Made by a program: the position numbers and the translations under genes. This document shows, piece after piece, positions 38,933 to 49,108 of a stretch of 64,000 nucleotides of DNA. The DNA comes from Candidatus Kaiserbacteria bacterium (GTDB lineage: Bacteria > Patescibacteriota > Minisyncoccia > Phycocordibacterales > UBA2100), in assembly GCA_017134395.1 (NCBI GenBank), contig CP070993.1:462199-526198 (forward strand). The letters run 5' to 3'. The notes beneath the pieces are model-generated. The model ran no database searches. It worked only from the letters and a program-made list of their open reading frames with translations, and was not told where the DNA came from. Within the stretch, counting starts at the first letter, position 1. Each line of letters opens with the position of its first letter.

Positions 38933-40291
38933 CTAATTGTGTATAAGTGTACGGACATGATTAATTTCTTGGTCAAGAACAGTGTCAGTTTTGATTTCAT
39001 TTTTTATCTTCTCACATGAGTGAATAACAGTGGTGTGATCTCTCCCCCCTATTTTTTCTCCAATACTTGGGTATGAAATAGCAAAATCTTCTCGTAGTAT
39101 ATACATAATTACCTGTCGTGGGCGAACAACTTCTTTTTTTCTTGTTTTTTTGTAAATATTCTGCTCTTCAACTTCATAATATTCAGATATTTTTTTAACG
39201 ACCTCAGCAACCGAAATATTTTTATTCGGTTTACTAGTGTGTTTTACAACATTCTGGACTTCTAAAGAACTTAATTCCTTTCCTTTCAACTGCGTTTTAC
39301 AAATAAGGGTGTTAAGAAGACCCTCTAATTCTCGAATGTTTCCTGGTACTTCTTTTGATATATATTGAAGAACTTCTTCTGGAATATTAAAACTATGTTG
39401 TAGTGCTTTTTCACGTAATATTTCCATTCTCGATTCAATATCAGGATTTGGGATTTCAGCAATCATACCAGCGCTAAAACGCCCTTTTAATCGTTCTTCT
39501 AGACCAGGAAGGCTATTAGGATGTTTGTCTGATGAAAAGATTATTTGTTTATTGTTGTCGTACAATGCATTAAATAAATGGAACAACTCTTCTTGTGTAC
39601 GTTCTTTATCTGCGATGAACTGAATATCATCCATAATTAACACATCATATTGTCTATATTTATCTTTAAAATTATTACCTTTACCGATTTTCACCGCATT
39701 TATAAAATCCATAGTGAATCGCTCTGAGGTAACATAAAAAACCTTTCGGTTAGAATTTGTTTTTTTTAGGTAGTTCCCTATTGATTGAATAAGGTGGGTT
39801 TTTCCGTGACCGGTACCACCATAAATAAACAAAGGGTTGTAAGTAAGGCCAGGATTCTGCACAACAGCTTGAGCGGCTGCGTGAGCCAATTGGTTAAAAG
39901 GACCAACTACAAATGTATCAAATGTGTATCGAGGATTAAGATTATCTCGTTTATCAATAAACATATCCTGTAATAACAGTTGGTTTTGATTCTGGTTTGT
40001 ATTTTGCGCAGGACGCTGCTCACCCGAGGCACGCTTAGCTGCATTTTTTGTCACCATATATTCAACACCTCGGATAGAATCATCAAACCCACGGATGGTT
40101 TTTAGAATAAAGTTGTTGTGTTTTTCATACAACCAATCCTTTACAATTTTATTAGGAACTCCAATGTAGACTATGTTGTTATCATGTTTAATGATTGCCG
40201 TATCTTTAAACCATGTACGGAAACTAGCTTCAGAGATATTCATCTCTATATACACAAGTGTATTCTGCCAAAGTTCTTGATCGTTTAACAT
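38933..40291 (-). CDS. dnaA: Replication initiator DnaA
   Basis: YTFDTFV, YNPLFIYGGTGHGKTHL, DDIQF, GGRDHTTV. Confidence 0.99.
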   Translation of the reverse strand: MLNDQELWQNTLVYIEMNISEASFRTWFKDTAIIKHDNNIVYIGVPNKIVKDWLYEKHNNFILKTIRGFDDSIRGVEYMVTKNAAKRASGEQRPAQNTNQNQNQLLLQDMFIDKRDNLNPRYTFDTFVVGPFNQLAHAAAQAVVQNPGLTYNPLFIYGGTGHGKTHLIQSIGNYLKKTNSNRKVFYVTSERFTMDFINAVKIGKGNNFKDKYRQYDVLIMDDIQFIADKERTQEELFHLFNALYDNNKQIIFSSDKHPNSLPGLEERLKGRFSAGMIAEIPNPDIESRMEILREKALQHSFNIPEEVLQYISKEVPGNIRELEGLLNTLICKTQLKGKELSSLEVQNVVKHTSKPNKNISVAEVVKKISEYYEVEEQNIYKKTRKKEVVRPRQVIMYILREDFAISYPSIGEKIGGRDHTTVIHSCEKIKNEIKTDTVLDQEINHVRTLIHN

Positions 40292-40580
40292 ATATCTTGA
40301 AAGTTAGACTATTATATACAAGTTTTCCACAGTCTGGAAATTGAGGTTAAATCAAAATATATGTTAGTAACCTGGGGATAACTAAAAAGAGTACTCAAGA
40401 AGGCTTTTGCCACCCTACTCTCTTAAGGACATACATGTATTGAAAAATATAAGGTTTAATACGAATGATGACTGAAAGACACTAAAATCATATAAATAAA
40501 AGAAACTTAAAATGTGGATAAAACAAAAATAGTCCACACCCTATTGCTTTTCTTGGTTTTATACGTACTATATGTTTCTT
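40292..40580. other. oriC sub-region between dnaA and rpmH
   Basis: ttatataca 40312, ttttccaca 40323, tggggataa 40373, perfect tgtggataa 40513, tagtccaca 40530. Confidence 0.7.
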
Positions 40581-40730
40581 ATGTCCACAAAGCGTACATA
40601 CCAACCAAAGAAAAAGAAGCGACAGCGAAAGCATGGATTCCTTGCTCGCGCAGCTACAGCAGCAGGACGCCGAGTTCTTCTTATGCGACGACGTCGCGGA
40701 CGAGCACAACTTACTGTAAAGAGAAAGTAG
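40581..40730 (+). CDS. rpmH: 50S ribosomal protein L34 (missed by the ORF track)
   Basis: [23 protein letters not shown]...[18 protein letters not shown]. Confidence 0.96.
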   Translation: MSTKRTYQPKKKKRQRKHGFLARAATAAGRRVLLMRRRRGRAQLTVKRK

Positions 40731-40744
40731 GTTACTATTACTCT

Positions 40745-41053
40745 ATGCTTTCTAAAAAACACCGTGCAACTACCGCTACGGTGGTTAAAACCATTACTCA
40801 TGGCAAGACTCGAAGTGCGCCTCACTTTTCAGTGCGTGCACTTTCAAACAGCTCCCCAGTTACTGCGGTAGTGGTATCAAAGAAAGTTTCTCCAAAAGCA
40901 GTTATTCGCAATACACTAAAGCGGCGCATACGGGCAGCGATACAACCACTTAAGTTTTCAAAAGATACAACTTTTGTTATATATGTAAAAAAAGGCGTGG
41001 AAGACCTTACTATTTCTGAAATACAGAAAGAACTACAAGAGCTTCTTATCTAA
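40745..41053 (+). CDS. rnpA: RNase P protein component
   Basis: VVSKKVSPKAVIRNTLKRRIR (RNR-like motif); synteny. Confidence 0.92.
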   Translation: MLSKKHRATTATVVKTITHGKTRSAPHFSVRALSNSSPVTAVVVSKKVSPKAVIRNTLKRRIRAAIQPLKFSKDTTFVIYVKKGVEDLTISEIQKELQELLI

Positions 41054-41092
41054 TTCATTTACTTGCACTACAGGGTGCGCTACTATGCTGCA

Positions 41093-41857
41093 ATGATTGT
41101 AAACACCTTTAACACCTTTATCTTCACCCCCTTATATAACGGTCTCATTTTACTTATAGATTTTGTTCCTTATGCAGATGTTGGATTCGCTGTCATTATA
41201 CTCACAGTTCTCGTTAAGATAATCCTATTCCCTCTTGCGCACAAAGTGGCACACATGCAGGTGCAAATGAAAGAATTGGCTCCAAAATTAGAGGAGTTGA
41301 AAGAAAAATACAAAGAGGACAAACAAGAACAGACACTCAAAATAATGGCGCTGTACAAAGAGCATAATGTACGTCCATTTCTCAGTATTTTAGTGGTGTT
41401 TATCCAACTTCCTATTATTCTCGGGCTATACTGGGTTTTCTTTCGTGGAGGGTTACCAGATATACAACTAGACCTTCTGTATTCATTTGTTCCCATCCCT
41501 ACAACAGTAAACATGAATTTCTTAGGGCTTATTGATATGGGTGGCAGAAGTGTCATTCTTGCATTACTTGCAGGCGCAACGCAGTATGTGCATAGTTACT
41601 ACGCACTTGCAAAACCTAAACCGCGAGGTGAAAATCCGAGTATTAAAGAAGATCTTGCACACAGCTTCCATTTACAGATGAAGTACGTGATGCCTATCAT
41701 TGTGGTGGTCATTTCTTACACTATTTCTGCAGCCATTGCCTTGTATTGGCTAACGAGCAATCTTTTTGCAATCGGACAAGAGCTTATTGTACGACGTAGA
41801 TTGAAGCACAATAAAGAAGCGAGTGTAACAGAGAACCATGAATCAGGAAGCAATTAA
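41093..41857 (+). CDS. yidC: YidC/Oxa1 insertase (short form)
   Basis: VKIILFPL, IQLPII, LYWLTSNLF. Confidence 0.94.
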   Translation: MIVNTFNTFIFTPLYNGLILLIDFVPYADVGFAVIILTVLVKIILFPLAHKVAHMQVQMKELAPKLEELKEKYKEDKQEQTLKIMALYKEHNVRPFLSILVVFIQLPIILGLYWVFFRGGLPDIQLDLLYSFVPIPTTVNMNFLGLIDMGGRSVILALLAGATQYVHSYYALAKPKPRGENPSIKEDLAHSFHLQMKYVMPIIVVVISYTISAAIALYWLTSNLFAIGQELIVRRRLKHNKEASVTENHESGSN

Positions 41858-42287
41858 GGATTTTATAGAAGAACTTTTACGTAAGGCTCATATTGAGTTT
41901 GATTCTGTTGCTATCGAAGAGAGCGAAGAACAAACAGTATTTCAAATTCAGACACAAGATAGCGCGAAGCTTATAGGGAGTCGCGGGGATACTGTTCGCG
42001 CACTAAATCACATCGTTAAAAAAGCTTTCGAGAATAAAGAAGAACACTTACGTTTTTTAATTGATGTAAATGGCTACCGAACAAAGAAAATTGAGGATTT
42101 AAAGGAGACAGCTAAACTTCTTGCTGAAAGAGCGCGTTCGTTAAAATATAATGTTGAAATGACACCAATGAGCGGATACGAGCGTATGATAGTACACACC
42201 GCTCTTGCGGATGAGCCTAATATAAAAACTGAGTCACATGGTGAAGGTCGCGACCGAAGGGTTGTTATAAGTTATGTGCAAGATTAA
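41838..42287 (+). CDS. jag: Jag/KhpB KH-R3H RNA-binding protein
   Basis: LIGSRG, DVNGYR, ERMIVH, GEGRDRRV. Confidence 0.92.
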   Translation: MNQEAIKDFIEELLRKAHIEFDSVAIEESEEQTVFQIQTQDSAKLIGSRGDTVRALNHIVKKAFENKEEHLRFLIDVNGYRTKKIEDLKETAKLLAERARSLKYNVEMTPMSGYERMIVHTALADEPNIKTESHGEGRDRRVVISYVQD

Positions 42288-42307
42288 CTAATTTAAGTTG
42301 ATCCTTT

Positions 42308-43108
42308 TTATCTAATCTCCCCACAACCTCCTAGTGGATTGCTCGGGTCACTTTTCACAGCGGCAGAACAATCATTTTGACTACTAAAACAATTATTACT
42401 GCTGTTAGGTAATGTATAGCACCAAGAACCAGAAGGAAGATTCCTTCTGTCAGTAGGAGGATAAATTGTCCCATTTGCATGTGCATTAGAAATATAATTA
42501 GGATTCAGTGCGCAGCAATCTCTCGTATCTGTACCAAAAGGAGATACTCCTGGACAACGAGATTCTCGCACCGCTTCCCACCCCTCACCCTTTACACTGC
42601 TACATGTCTCTCCGATAGACATTCGTGTCCAAGTCTCATCTGTATATTCTGGAAGCACGTCCGGTGCAACCAATGTTGCTCCTGTAGTGTTTTGTTCTGA
42701 AGGAGCACCTGACTCAGAAGGTTTTGCTACAGTTATATTTACAGGACTTAACACAAAATCGAGATTTAAAATATCAGGATTTATTTCATTAAAGAATAAC
42801 CACACGCTGAGTAACATAAGTAAACCCAGAACAGCCTGCTGCATTCGTTCTCTACTTGAGCCCTTGCCTGAAGCAGCTTCTGTTGTCATGTATTGTAGGC
42901 CTGACACGGCAATTATAAGAACGGCAAGAACCGCACCTATCGTAAGAGCAATTTGGAAGAGGTTGTTGAAAAAGTTACCTAAATTTTCAGTATCCAAATT
43001 TCCAAGACCGTTTGCAAGTGGTGTATAGGCAGCATCAACAAAGGAGGGTATAACCAAAAGTGAAAAGAGAACACCAACACTTAAAAGAAATAGTTTATTT
43101 TTAACCAT
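42308..43108 (-). CDS. TrbC/VirB2-like pilin with Cys-rich C-terminal extension
   Basis: Signal peptide, two TMs, GLQYMT...INPDIL motif, Cys-rich tail. Confidence 0.75.
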   Translation of the reverse strand: MVKNKLFLLSVGVLFSLLVIPSFVDAAYTPLANGLGNLDTENLGNFFNNLFQIALTIGAVLAVLIIAVSGLQYMTTEAASGKGSSRERMQQAVLGLLMLLSVWLFFNEINPDILNLDFVLSPVNITVAKPSESGAPSEQNTTGATLVAPDVLPEYTDETWTRMSIGETCSSVKGEGWEAVRESRCPGVSPFGTDTRDCCALNPNYISNAHANGTIYPPTDRRNLPSGSWCYTLPNSSNNCFSSQNDCSAAVKSDPSNPLGGCGEIR

Positions 43109-43126
43109 ATGTATCTGCTTAGTATA

Positions 43127-44407
43127 CTAAATACCTTCTTCGTCTCCACCTTCTTCTTCGACTATCTCTTCTGTTGTTTTAGGTAGTGTAACTGACCATA
43201 ATGTTTGGTCAGTTTTATTAATAAAGAATACTACATTTCCGTTAGTGCTCACTGAGAGATTGATAATATCGAGAGACACTCCGTGTTCAGCTTGTGGCGA
43301 AACGATATGAGTAATTCTTTTTGTATCGGTACGTACTTCAAACAATGAATCAGAAAAATGTACCCGCCCCTGGTACCATACATCCGGATACTCCCCTTTA
43401 GGGAATGCGTTGGGAAGCGCACAGAATACAGAAATGCCATTCGGATGCCACACGCATTTCTCAGCAAGACTCGCAATATCTAAAGTTGTTATTTTGCCCG
43501 ACTTTGTATTCTTAATTGTAAGTACAGGGATACCTCTGTCTCCATTGTGACTATACAAAACGTTTTCACCGTCAGGACTGAGTGTAGCAGCAAGTCCTTT
43601 TAGCTGCTGGAGAACTAACGTTTTTACGCCTGTAGATGTATTTATTACGTAAGCTGAACCCGGTAAGTCTGATGAGGCTTTTTGTGATACCAGTAATACA
43701 TCATTTTGCCAATCCATATTCCATCCTTGTAGAATTGATGCTGAAACCTCTTCTTCTCCAGAACCGTTCGGGTTTGCAAGGTAGAGTATACTTCCCTGTA
43801 AGGTTTGTTGTAAGAAGCTGATTTGGTTTCCGCTAGAATTGGTGGTTATCTCAGAGATCTGTGTCGGAAGAGATGAGCTCTGCGTTTCAGTACCTTTTAA
43901 ATCACTATAGATTGTAACTAACGAACCGTCCTCGCCAATATACCTACGTAAAACACCATCCCCGTCATTGGTAAACAAGGCTTCTTGTACCTGTGGAACG
44001 GTTGTTTGGTCAAGACGTGTCGTCGTGCCATCAGGGAGATCTTTTTCAAACACATGACCAGTAGCTTTGTCTACGAATCGTATTGCATTAGAACGCTTTT
44101 TTATAAAACCTGCTGTTGGAAGATTGTAAAGCTGACGTAATCGTGGTTTCGCGACAATTGATTCATCAGAGGTGCCATCCACATTCGTATTATTGTTTAT
44201 TACGTCCCCGAACGTTCCGCCAAACAAACCGCCTCCCCCACCACCCCTACTTGAGGTATTAAGTGCTGAATCAAAATAACCTAAATCCTCAGTCTCTTGC
44301 TGCAATCGTTGCTGTTGTTGTCCTATAAAAACAGCCCACGCTAAAAGCACAACTATAAGAATTATAATAAGGACTGATATACCGATGTAGAGTTGTTTCT
44401 TTTTCAT
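43127..44407 (-). CDS. Membrane-anchored beta-propeller-like protein
   Basis: N-terminal TM; SPDG, KCVW, FCA, WYQG, D.TLW motifs. Confidence 0.7.
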   Translation of the reverse strand: MKKKQLYIGISVLIIILIVVLLAWAVFIGQQQQRLQQETEDLGYFDSALNTSSRGGGGGGLFGGTFGDVINNNTNVDGTSDESIVAKPRLRQLYNLPTAGFIKKRSNAIRFVDKATGHVFEKDLPDGTTTRLDQTTVPQVQEALFTNDGDGVLRRYIGEDGSLVTIYSDLKGTETQSSSLPTQISEITTNSSGNQISFLQQTLQGSILYLANPNGSGEEEVSASILQGWNMDWQNDVLLVSQKASSDLPGSAYVINTSTGVKTLVLQQLKGLAATLSPDGENVLYSHNGDRGIPVLTIKNTKSGKITTLDIASLAEKCVWHPNGISVFCALPNAFPKGEYPDVWYQGRVHFSDSLFEVRTDTKRITHIVSPQAEHGVSLDIINLSVSTNGNVVFFINKTDQTLWSVTLPKTTEEIVEEEGGDEEGI

Positions 44408-44410
44408 ATA

Positions 44411-45442
44411 TTAAAATCCAAATAGCGAATTACGTGCACTTCCTTCGAATACTATATTAAAGGTACTTTTTGCGACTTGCAGAAGATGTGTGAGGTGATC
44501 AATTGTTACGTCTACAGAGGTAGCCGCATCCTCATCTCCAGATAGTTGAATGGTCAAAACAGAAGGTGCGTCTTGAACACCAAAAACTTTAGTACCGTTG
44601 ATGTTCCAGGAGTACAAAAGATTTTCGTCGTTCTCATTACGTGCGTCCATAAAGTAAGGAATTGCCTGCACTTCAATCTGTGAAGATTCTGCAAAAATAT
44701 GATTGCCATCTATAGCTGCATGATATTGAACGCCCGTTAGGGGGTTTTTTTCATACAGAATAACTTGAGGATCCTGTGTTTTTATACGTGTCGCAGATTG
44801 TGCACGCTGTATTCCATCAGGGGTTGCTACTTCAATGGCTAGAATATAGTCTCCAAAAAACTTAGGACCTTCTGTTAGTAAGGTGTTGGCACCAATGCCA
44901 GAGAGACTACCTAATACTGTCCCATTTTTACTCCATGTATAAATAAGTTCTGAGGCATTATATGTTTCCCCTTTTTCATTTCTAAATGTTGCCAATGCTT
45001 CTGCTCGTATAGAACTTCCTGACGAATACAATGCTCTACCGTTGTAAAATGGTGGAACATACGTATCTCCTTCCCAGAAAAGAGTGACTTCTGCTGGTGT
45101 TATTAATACAGATTTAGTAAAAACAGCCCCAGTAGCTGTTTTTACGAGTACGCTTACTTGTTGGGAAGAACCCACATTACCTGTTGTAAACGTAAAATCT
45201 ATCCCACCTGGTTTTTGTTGCTGCACTTCGTTGTCTAATAGCCACACAATAGTAGCTGTACGAACATTCTCGTTTGACGATGAGACGGTTGCAGTCACTT
45301 CTTGGTTCGATTGAGGTAATTCTGGCGATAAGCTAATTGAAATTTCTATTCCAGCTAAAGAGTCTATGGTTTGGGCGTAGGTAAAATTCTGAAAAGAAAG
45401 GAGCAAACTGAAAAGCAATCCTGTGTAAAGGAAAAAACGCAT
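44411..45442 (-). CDS. Secreted Ig-like protein of the T4SS-like cluster
   Basis: Signal peptide; WEGDTYVPPFYNGRAL; repeated Y.W..NG. Confidence 0.7.
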   Translation of the reverse strand: MRFFLYTGLLFSLLLSFQNFTYAQTIDSLAGIEISISLSPELPQSNQEVTATVSSSNENVRTATIVWLLDNEVQQQKPGGIDFTFTTGNVGSSQQVSVLVKTATGAVFTKSVLITPAEVTLFWEGDTYVPPFYNGRALYSSGSSIRAEALATFRNEKGETYNASELIYTWSKNGTVLGSLSGIGANTLLTEGPKFFGDYILAIEVATPDGIQRAQSATRIKTQDPQVILYEKNPLTGVQYHAAIDGNHIFAESSQIEVQAIPYFMDARNENDENLLYSWNINGTKVFGVQDAPSVLTIQLSGDEDAATSVDVTIDHLTHLLQVAKSTFNIVFEGSARNSLFGF

Positions 45443-45562
45443 ACGTACATTATATAGTGGTTTACGTAAATCAGCAGAAATATATCGTGATAAGTGTGGG
45501 TTTTCTGTGAATGCTATATTGTTGGCGATGATGTTTTTGTATAATCTTCCTCTTCCTTTTCT

Positions 45563-45895
45563 TTAATTTTTTTTAAGATCTTCCTTCTTAACTTGCTGAA
45601 TAATAACCCAAGTACCTACCGCCCAAGACGGTATGAAATTAATTAGTGGAAGCATTTCAGCTATTGTAATAGACATGTTTACTATGAAGCGATTTGGTTT
45701 ATCGGCGAAACCAACACCTAAAAGTCTAAACCAAATCCAGAAGATGATTCTGGCAAGAATTGTAAGAAAGCTCGCTAAAAAAGGTCCTACGATTGGAATA
45801 AAAGTTAACAATCCTTGCAAGAAATCTGTAAAAATGGCTGCCCCCATGAGTGCCCACGTGTGGAAACCGTTAATTCTTCTTATATTCTCATCCAT
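45563..45895 (-). CDS. Small membrane protein
   Basis: FIPIVG and EMLPLINFIPSW hydrophobic motifs. Confidence 0.7.
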   Translation of the reverse strand: MDENIRRINGFHTWALMGAAIFTDFLQGLLTFIPIVGPFLASFLTILARIIFWIWFRLLGVGFADKPNRFIVNMSITIAEMLPLINFIPSWAVGTWVIIQQVKKEDLKKN

Positions 45896-45903
45896 AGAGT
45901 GTT

Positions 45904-47763
45904 TTATTTCAATTCTTGTATGTCAGCTGGTTGTGGCGATGTAGGAGTTGCGGGTGTTTCGGATAGTTCTTGCTTTGCTTTTTTAATAGCAAGTATTTGC
46001 GATGGATCGGATGTGATAATTTGATCTTCCGTGTAGCTCGCGATAACTTTTATAGCAACGTGTTTTAGTCCAGCAAAAAAGATACCCTCCCCTACATCTG
46101 ATTCAAGTAATAAGTATTTCTCTTCATCTGAAAGTTTGAATGTTTCTTGAATAAGATCGATTGATGTTGGTGACTGACGAAGCAAAATCTGAATAGACGA
46201 GTTAGTGATCATAGCTTTTCCATACGTGCTGCTTAAAAAGTCAGCGACATCTTGTGTAATTGTTGCAAGTCCAAGGTAATATTTACGCCCACGTTTTGCG
46301 ATTCCAAACAAGAAAGACGCTGTATCTTCTGATTTCATCATCCACCACGCTTCATCGATAATAAGAAGCCGCTTTCGAAGCTCCTTTCGTACCATATTCC
46401 AGATATAATGCGTCACTAGATACATTGCAACTGGCTTGAGTTCGTCTTCCATGTCTCGAACGCTAAACACAACAAAGCGTTTGTTCATGTCGATGTTCGT
46501 GGGGCGGTTTATGAATCCAGCCCAAGTACCACGAGTATACTTTGAAAGGCGTTGCACAAGAGACTCAGAACCCTCTAATCCAGAGAGTACTAATTCGAAG
46601 TCTGAAAGTAGTGGTGGTTCTAAATTAGCAAAATCAGAGTTCGGTGTAATGTCTTTCAGTGCATACGTTTCAGTAATTGCCCTATCTATGATTGCATCTT
46701 CTTCGGGTGTAAGGCCACCAAACATAATACGAAAGAGGCCCACCAATGTAATGATGTTGTTTCGAAGAATATCAGCCGGACTCTCATCTTCGCGAGGTGT
46801 GGGAAGATCAAATGGATTTATATGGTGTTGTGAAGAAAGTGATATGTTGAAATGGCGGCCACCGGTAGTTTCTGCTAAGTATTCGTATTCTCGCTCAGGG
46901 TCAATGACGATAACGTCAGCATCAAACATGAGTGAGCGAACAATCTCTAATTTTGTCATATACGATTTACCGGCACCTGATTTTGCAAATACAACAGAGT
47001 TGTAGTTTTCTAATGAGAAACGGTCAAAGAGCACAAGGCTGGAGTTGTGGCGGTTGATACCGTAAAGAATTCCCCTATCGCTCGTGAGGTCGAAAGAAAC
47101 AAATGGAAAGATGCTTGAAAGTGGAGATGAGTTAAGGTTCGAATGAACCGAAAGAGCATCTTCTGCTATTGGTAACACACTTTTAAATCCTGGTTCTTGC
47201 TGGAACAGTGCGGGTTTTAGATAGACAAGGCGGGATTCAAGAATCGATCGTATTTCTGATTCAGTTTTATCTATCTCGTCTCGCGTGTCTCCATAGATAG
47301 TTATATACAAACCAATTTTAAACATCTTCTCTTGTGCTTGCTGTAGTTGGTCTCTGAGATATTCGAGGTCAGAGTACGCGGTGTCGAGCACAGGGTCTCT
47401 TACGAGTCCTTTTTGTTGCCTAATAGAGATTTGACTTTCAACTTCTGCTACCTTCTTTTGAAACTTACGAAGTACAGCGGTTGTCTCCATAGGATGCACG
47501 AAAATAGATACATCAAATACCTTATCGAGGTTGATAATTGGAGAAAACCAACCAGTAGAGAGGAATCGTGGATACGAAATAACAAAAAAAGTACGCGCTA
47601 CTTTTTCCCCTAGGTTAAGTTCACGAGGGGTTATTTGTAGTGCTGAGGGTGCTATAACATCTTGGAGCTCAAGAACACCATGTTTATAGATTTCCTCTGG
47701 AAGGATAGGAACTATATCCTGTCCTTTTTTATTCTGTTTACCTAAAAAATCAAAAAAAGCCAT
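45904..47763 (-). CDS. virB4: VirB4/TraC-like ATPase
   Basis: AKSGAGKS, IDPEREY, INPFD, IDEAW, RGRKY, TQD. Confidence 0.92.
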   Translation of the reverse strand: MAFFDFLGKQNKKGQDIVPILPEEIYKHGVLELQDVIAPSALQITPRELNLGEKVARTFFVISYPRFLSTGWFSPIINLDKVFDVSIFVHPMETTAVLRKFQKKVAEVESQISIRQQKGLVRDPVLDTAYSDLEYLRDQLQQAQEKMFKIGLYITIYGDTRDEIDKTESEIRSILESRLVYLKPALFQQEPGFKSVLPIAEDALSVHSNLNSSPLSSIFPFVSFDLTSDRGILYGINRHNSSLVLFDRFSLENYNSVVFAKSGAGKSYMTKLEIVRSLMFDADVIVIDPEREYEYLAETTGGRHFNISLSSQHHINPFDLPTPREDESPADILRNNIITLVGLFRIMFGGLTPEEDAIIDRAITETYALKDITPNSDFANLEPPLLSDFELVLSGLEGSESLVQRLSKYTRGTWAGFINRPTNIDMNKRFVVFSVRDMEDELKPVAMYLVTHYIWNMVRKELRKRLLIIDEAWWMMKSEDTASFLFGIAKRGRKYYLGLATITQDVADFLSSTYGKAMITNSSIQILLRQSPTSIDLIQETFKLSDEEKYLLLESDVGEGIFFAGLKHVAIKVIASYTEDQIITSDPSQILAIKKAKQELSETPATPTSPQPADIQELK

Positions 47764-47822
47764 AAAAACCTATCTGTATTATACCTGTTCAAACCAAACC
47801 AGACACACAACACTGGGGGCAC

Positions 47823-48488
47823 TTAGTTGAGTGCTTTTATCATTTGTTTTGGTTGGTCTCGCTCTCCTGGGTTAAATATTTTATAGAGGAGTTCTATTAT
47901 CTCCTCAGTATCAAGCTGCACAGAACGTACTCCGGTGCGCACTAGACCCTGTTGTACTATTGCCATCCGTTGGTCTAACTGAGAAACATTTTCTTGAAAT
48001 TCATTCTTTTTCACGGTGGTTTTACTTTCAGTTTTTTGAGATTTTGACCACGGGAGTGAACCCAGCATACCTTTGTTTATTGAAATCGTGGATGGGGAGT
48101 ATGGAACAACAACAAAAAATTGCTTAGTCATAATGTCAGCTCCTTCTACAAAACTCTTGATGAACTCCATATACTCACGTATTTGAATACGCATAAGATC
48201 GTCCATAGTACGTTTATACTCCACCTCAAGTGTTTCTATGTATGGGCGTATATCGAGTTCTCTTGATTGAATATAAATTTGGATCGAGAAATCTAGCGAG
48301 TTAAAGAAGTTCTGGAACTGCATTATAAAGGCACTTTGTTCATCCTCACTTTTAAGGGCGAAGTTTAATGAGGAAGCCATAAGTACACCTCTTAGGCCAC
48401 CGTTATTCAAAATAATTACACCATCTCGCACTTCTTTTACTGGTACGAAATCTTGAGATGATTGGGCTGATTTATTTGCTTGTGGCAT
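47823..48488 (-). CDS. TraC/VirB4 N-terminal-like protein
   Basis: NFALKSEDEQ..F..F.NSLDF.IQI; lies between prgI and virB4. Confidence 0.75.
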   Translation of the reverse strand: MPQANKSAQSSQDFVPVKEVRDGVIILNNGGLRGVLMASSLNFALKSEDEQSAFIMQFQNFFNSLDFSIQIYIQSRELDIRPYIETLEVEYKRTMDDLMRIQIREYMEFIKSFVEGADIMTKQFFVVVPYSPSTISINKGMLGSLPWSKSQKTESKTTVKKNEFQENVSQLDQRMAIVQQGLVRTGVRSVQLDTEEIIELLYKIFNPGERDQPKQMIKALN

Positions 48489-48490
48489 AA

Positions 48491-48934
48491 CTATGATATT
48501 TCTTCTTGCTCTTCTTTTTCTCGATCCAGACGAATACGCTCGTTTATATCAAGACTCCACGCAAGACTCTTAAGTTTGTTTTCCGAAACTGATGGAATAT
48601 CTTGTTGAGACTGCGGTAACGACGTCTCGGTCTGGGTACGCTTTTTGGTGTTTTTGTAGTTAGAATTCCAGAGATAGAGTTTCTTATGTATGAAGTACAT
48701 AAAAGCAGCCTCAAGCGTGATAATGAGCGGTTTTTTATTTACTTTTACAAATGCAAGTGCCGCTGCAAAACCTACAATAGCGAGAGCAAGTGGTATTGCA
48801 ATAAGCGAAGGTAGATAACGCCACAATAAGAACCCTACTCCGACTCCACCAGCAACATATATAAATTGCTTAAGCGTAAGCGGACCGAAGATTTTATCTT
48901 CTACATCAGTAAATTGCGGTACTTGAAATTGCAT
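48491..48934 (-). CDS. prgI: PrgI-family protein
   Basis: MQFQVPQFTDVEDKIFGPLTLKQF, two TMs. Confidence 0.9.
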   Translation of the reverse strand: MQFQVPQFTDVEDKIFGPLTLKQFIYVAGGVGVGFLLWRYLPSLIAIPLALAIVGFAAALAFVKVNKKPLIITLEAAFMYFIHKKLYLWNSNYKNTKKRTQTETSLPQSQQDIPSVSENKLKSLAWSLDINERIRLDREKEEQEEIS

Positions 48935-49108
48935 AACTGATTCCATTAACGAGCAGGGTGTAGAGTAATACGTAGGCTTGCTCGAATGTGCTAAGTGTTG
49001 TTCTTGGCGTAGACAATCAGCTTACCGTGTCACTCATGACATGCTCTTACTCGTAAGTATCGCACATTACATTTAGTATGCCCATGAAAAAATGGGGACG
49101 AAATACTG

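Noticed and set aside
40514-41053. 179-aa ORF in the track
   Set aside because: Its 5' half overlaps DnaA boxes and rpmH in another frame; only 40745-41053 matches RnpA.
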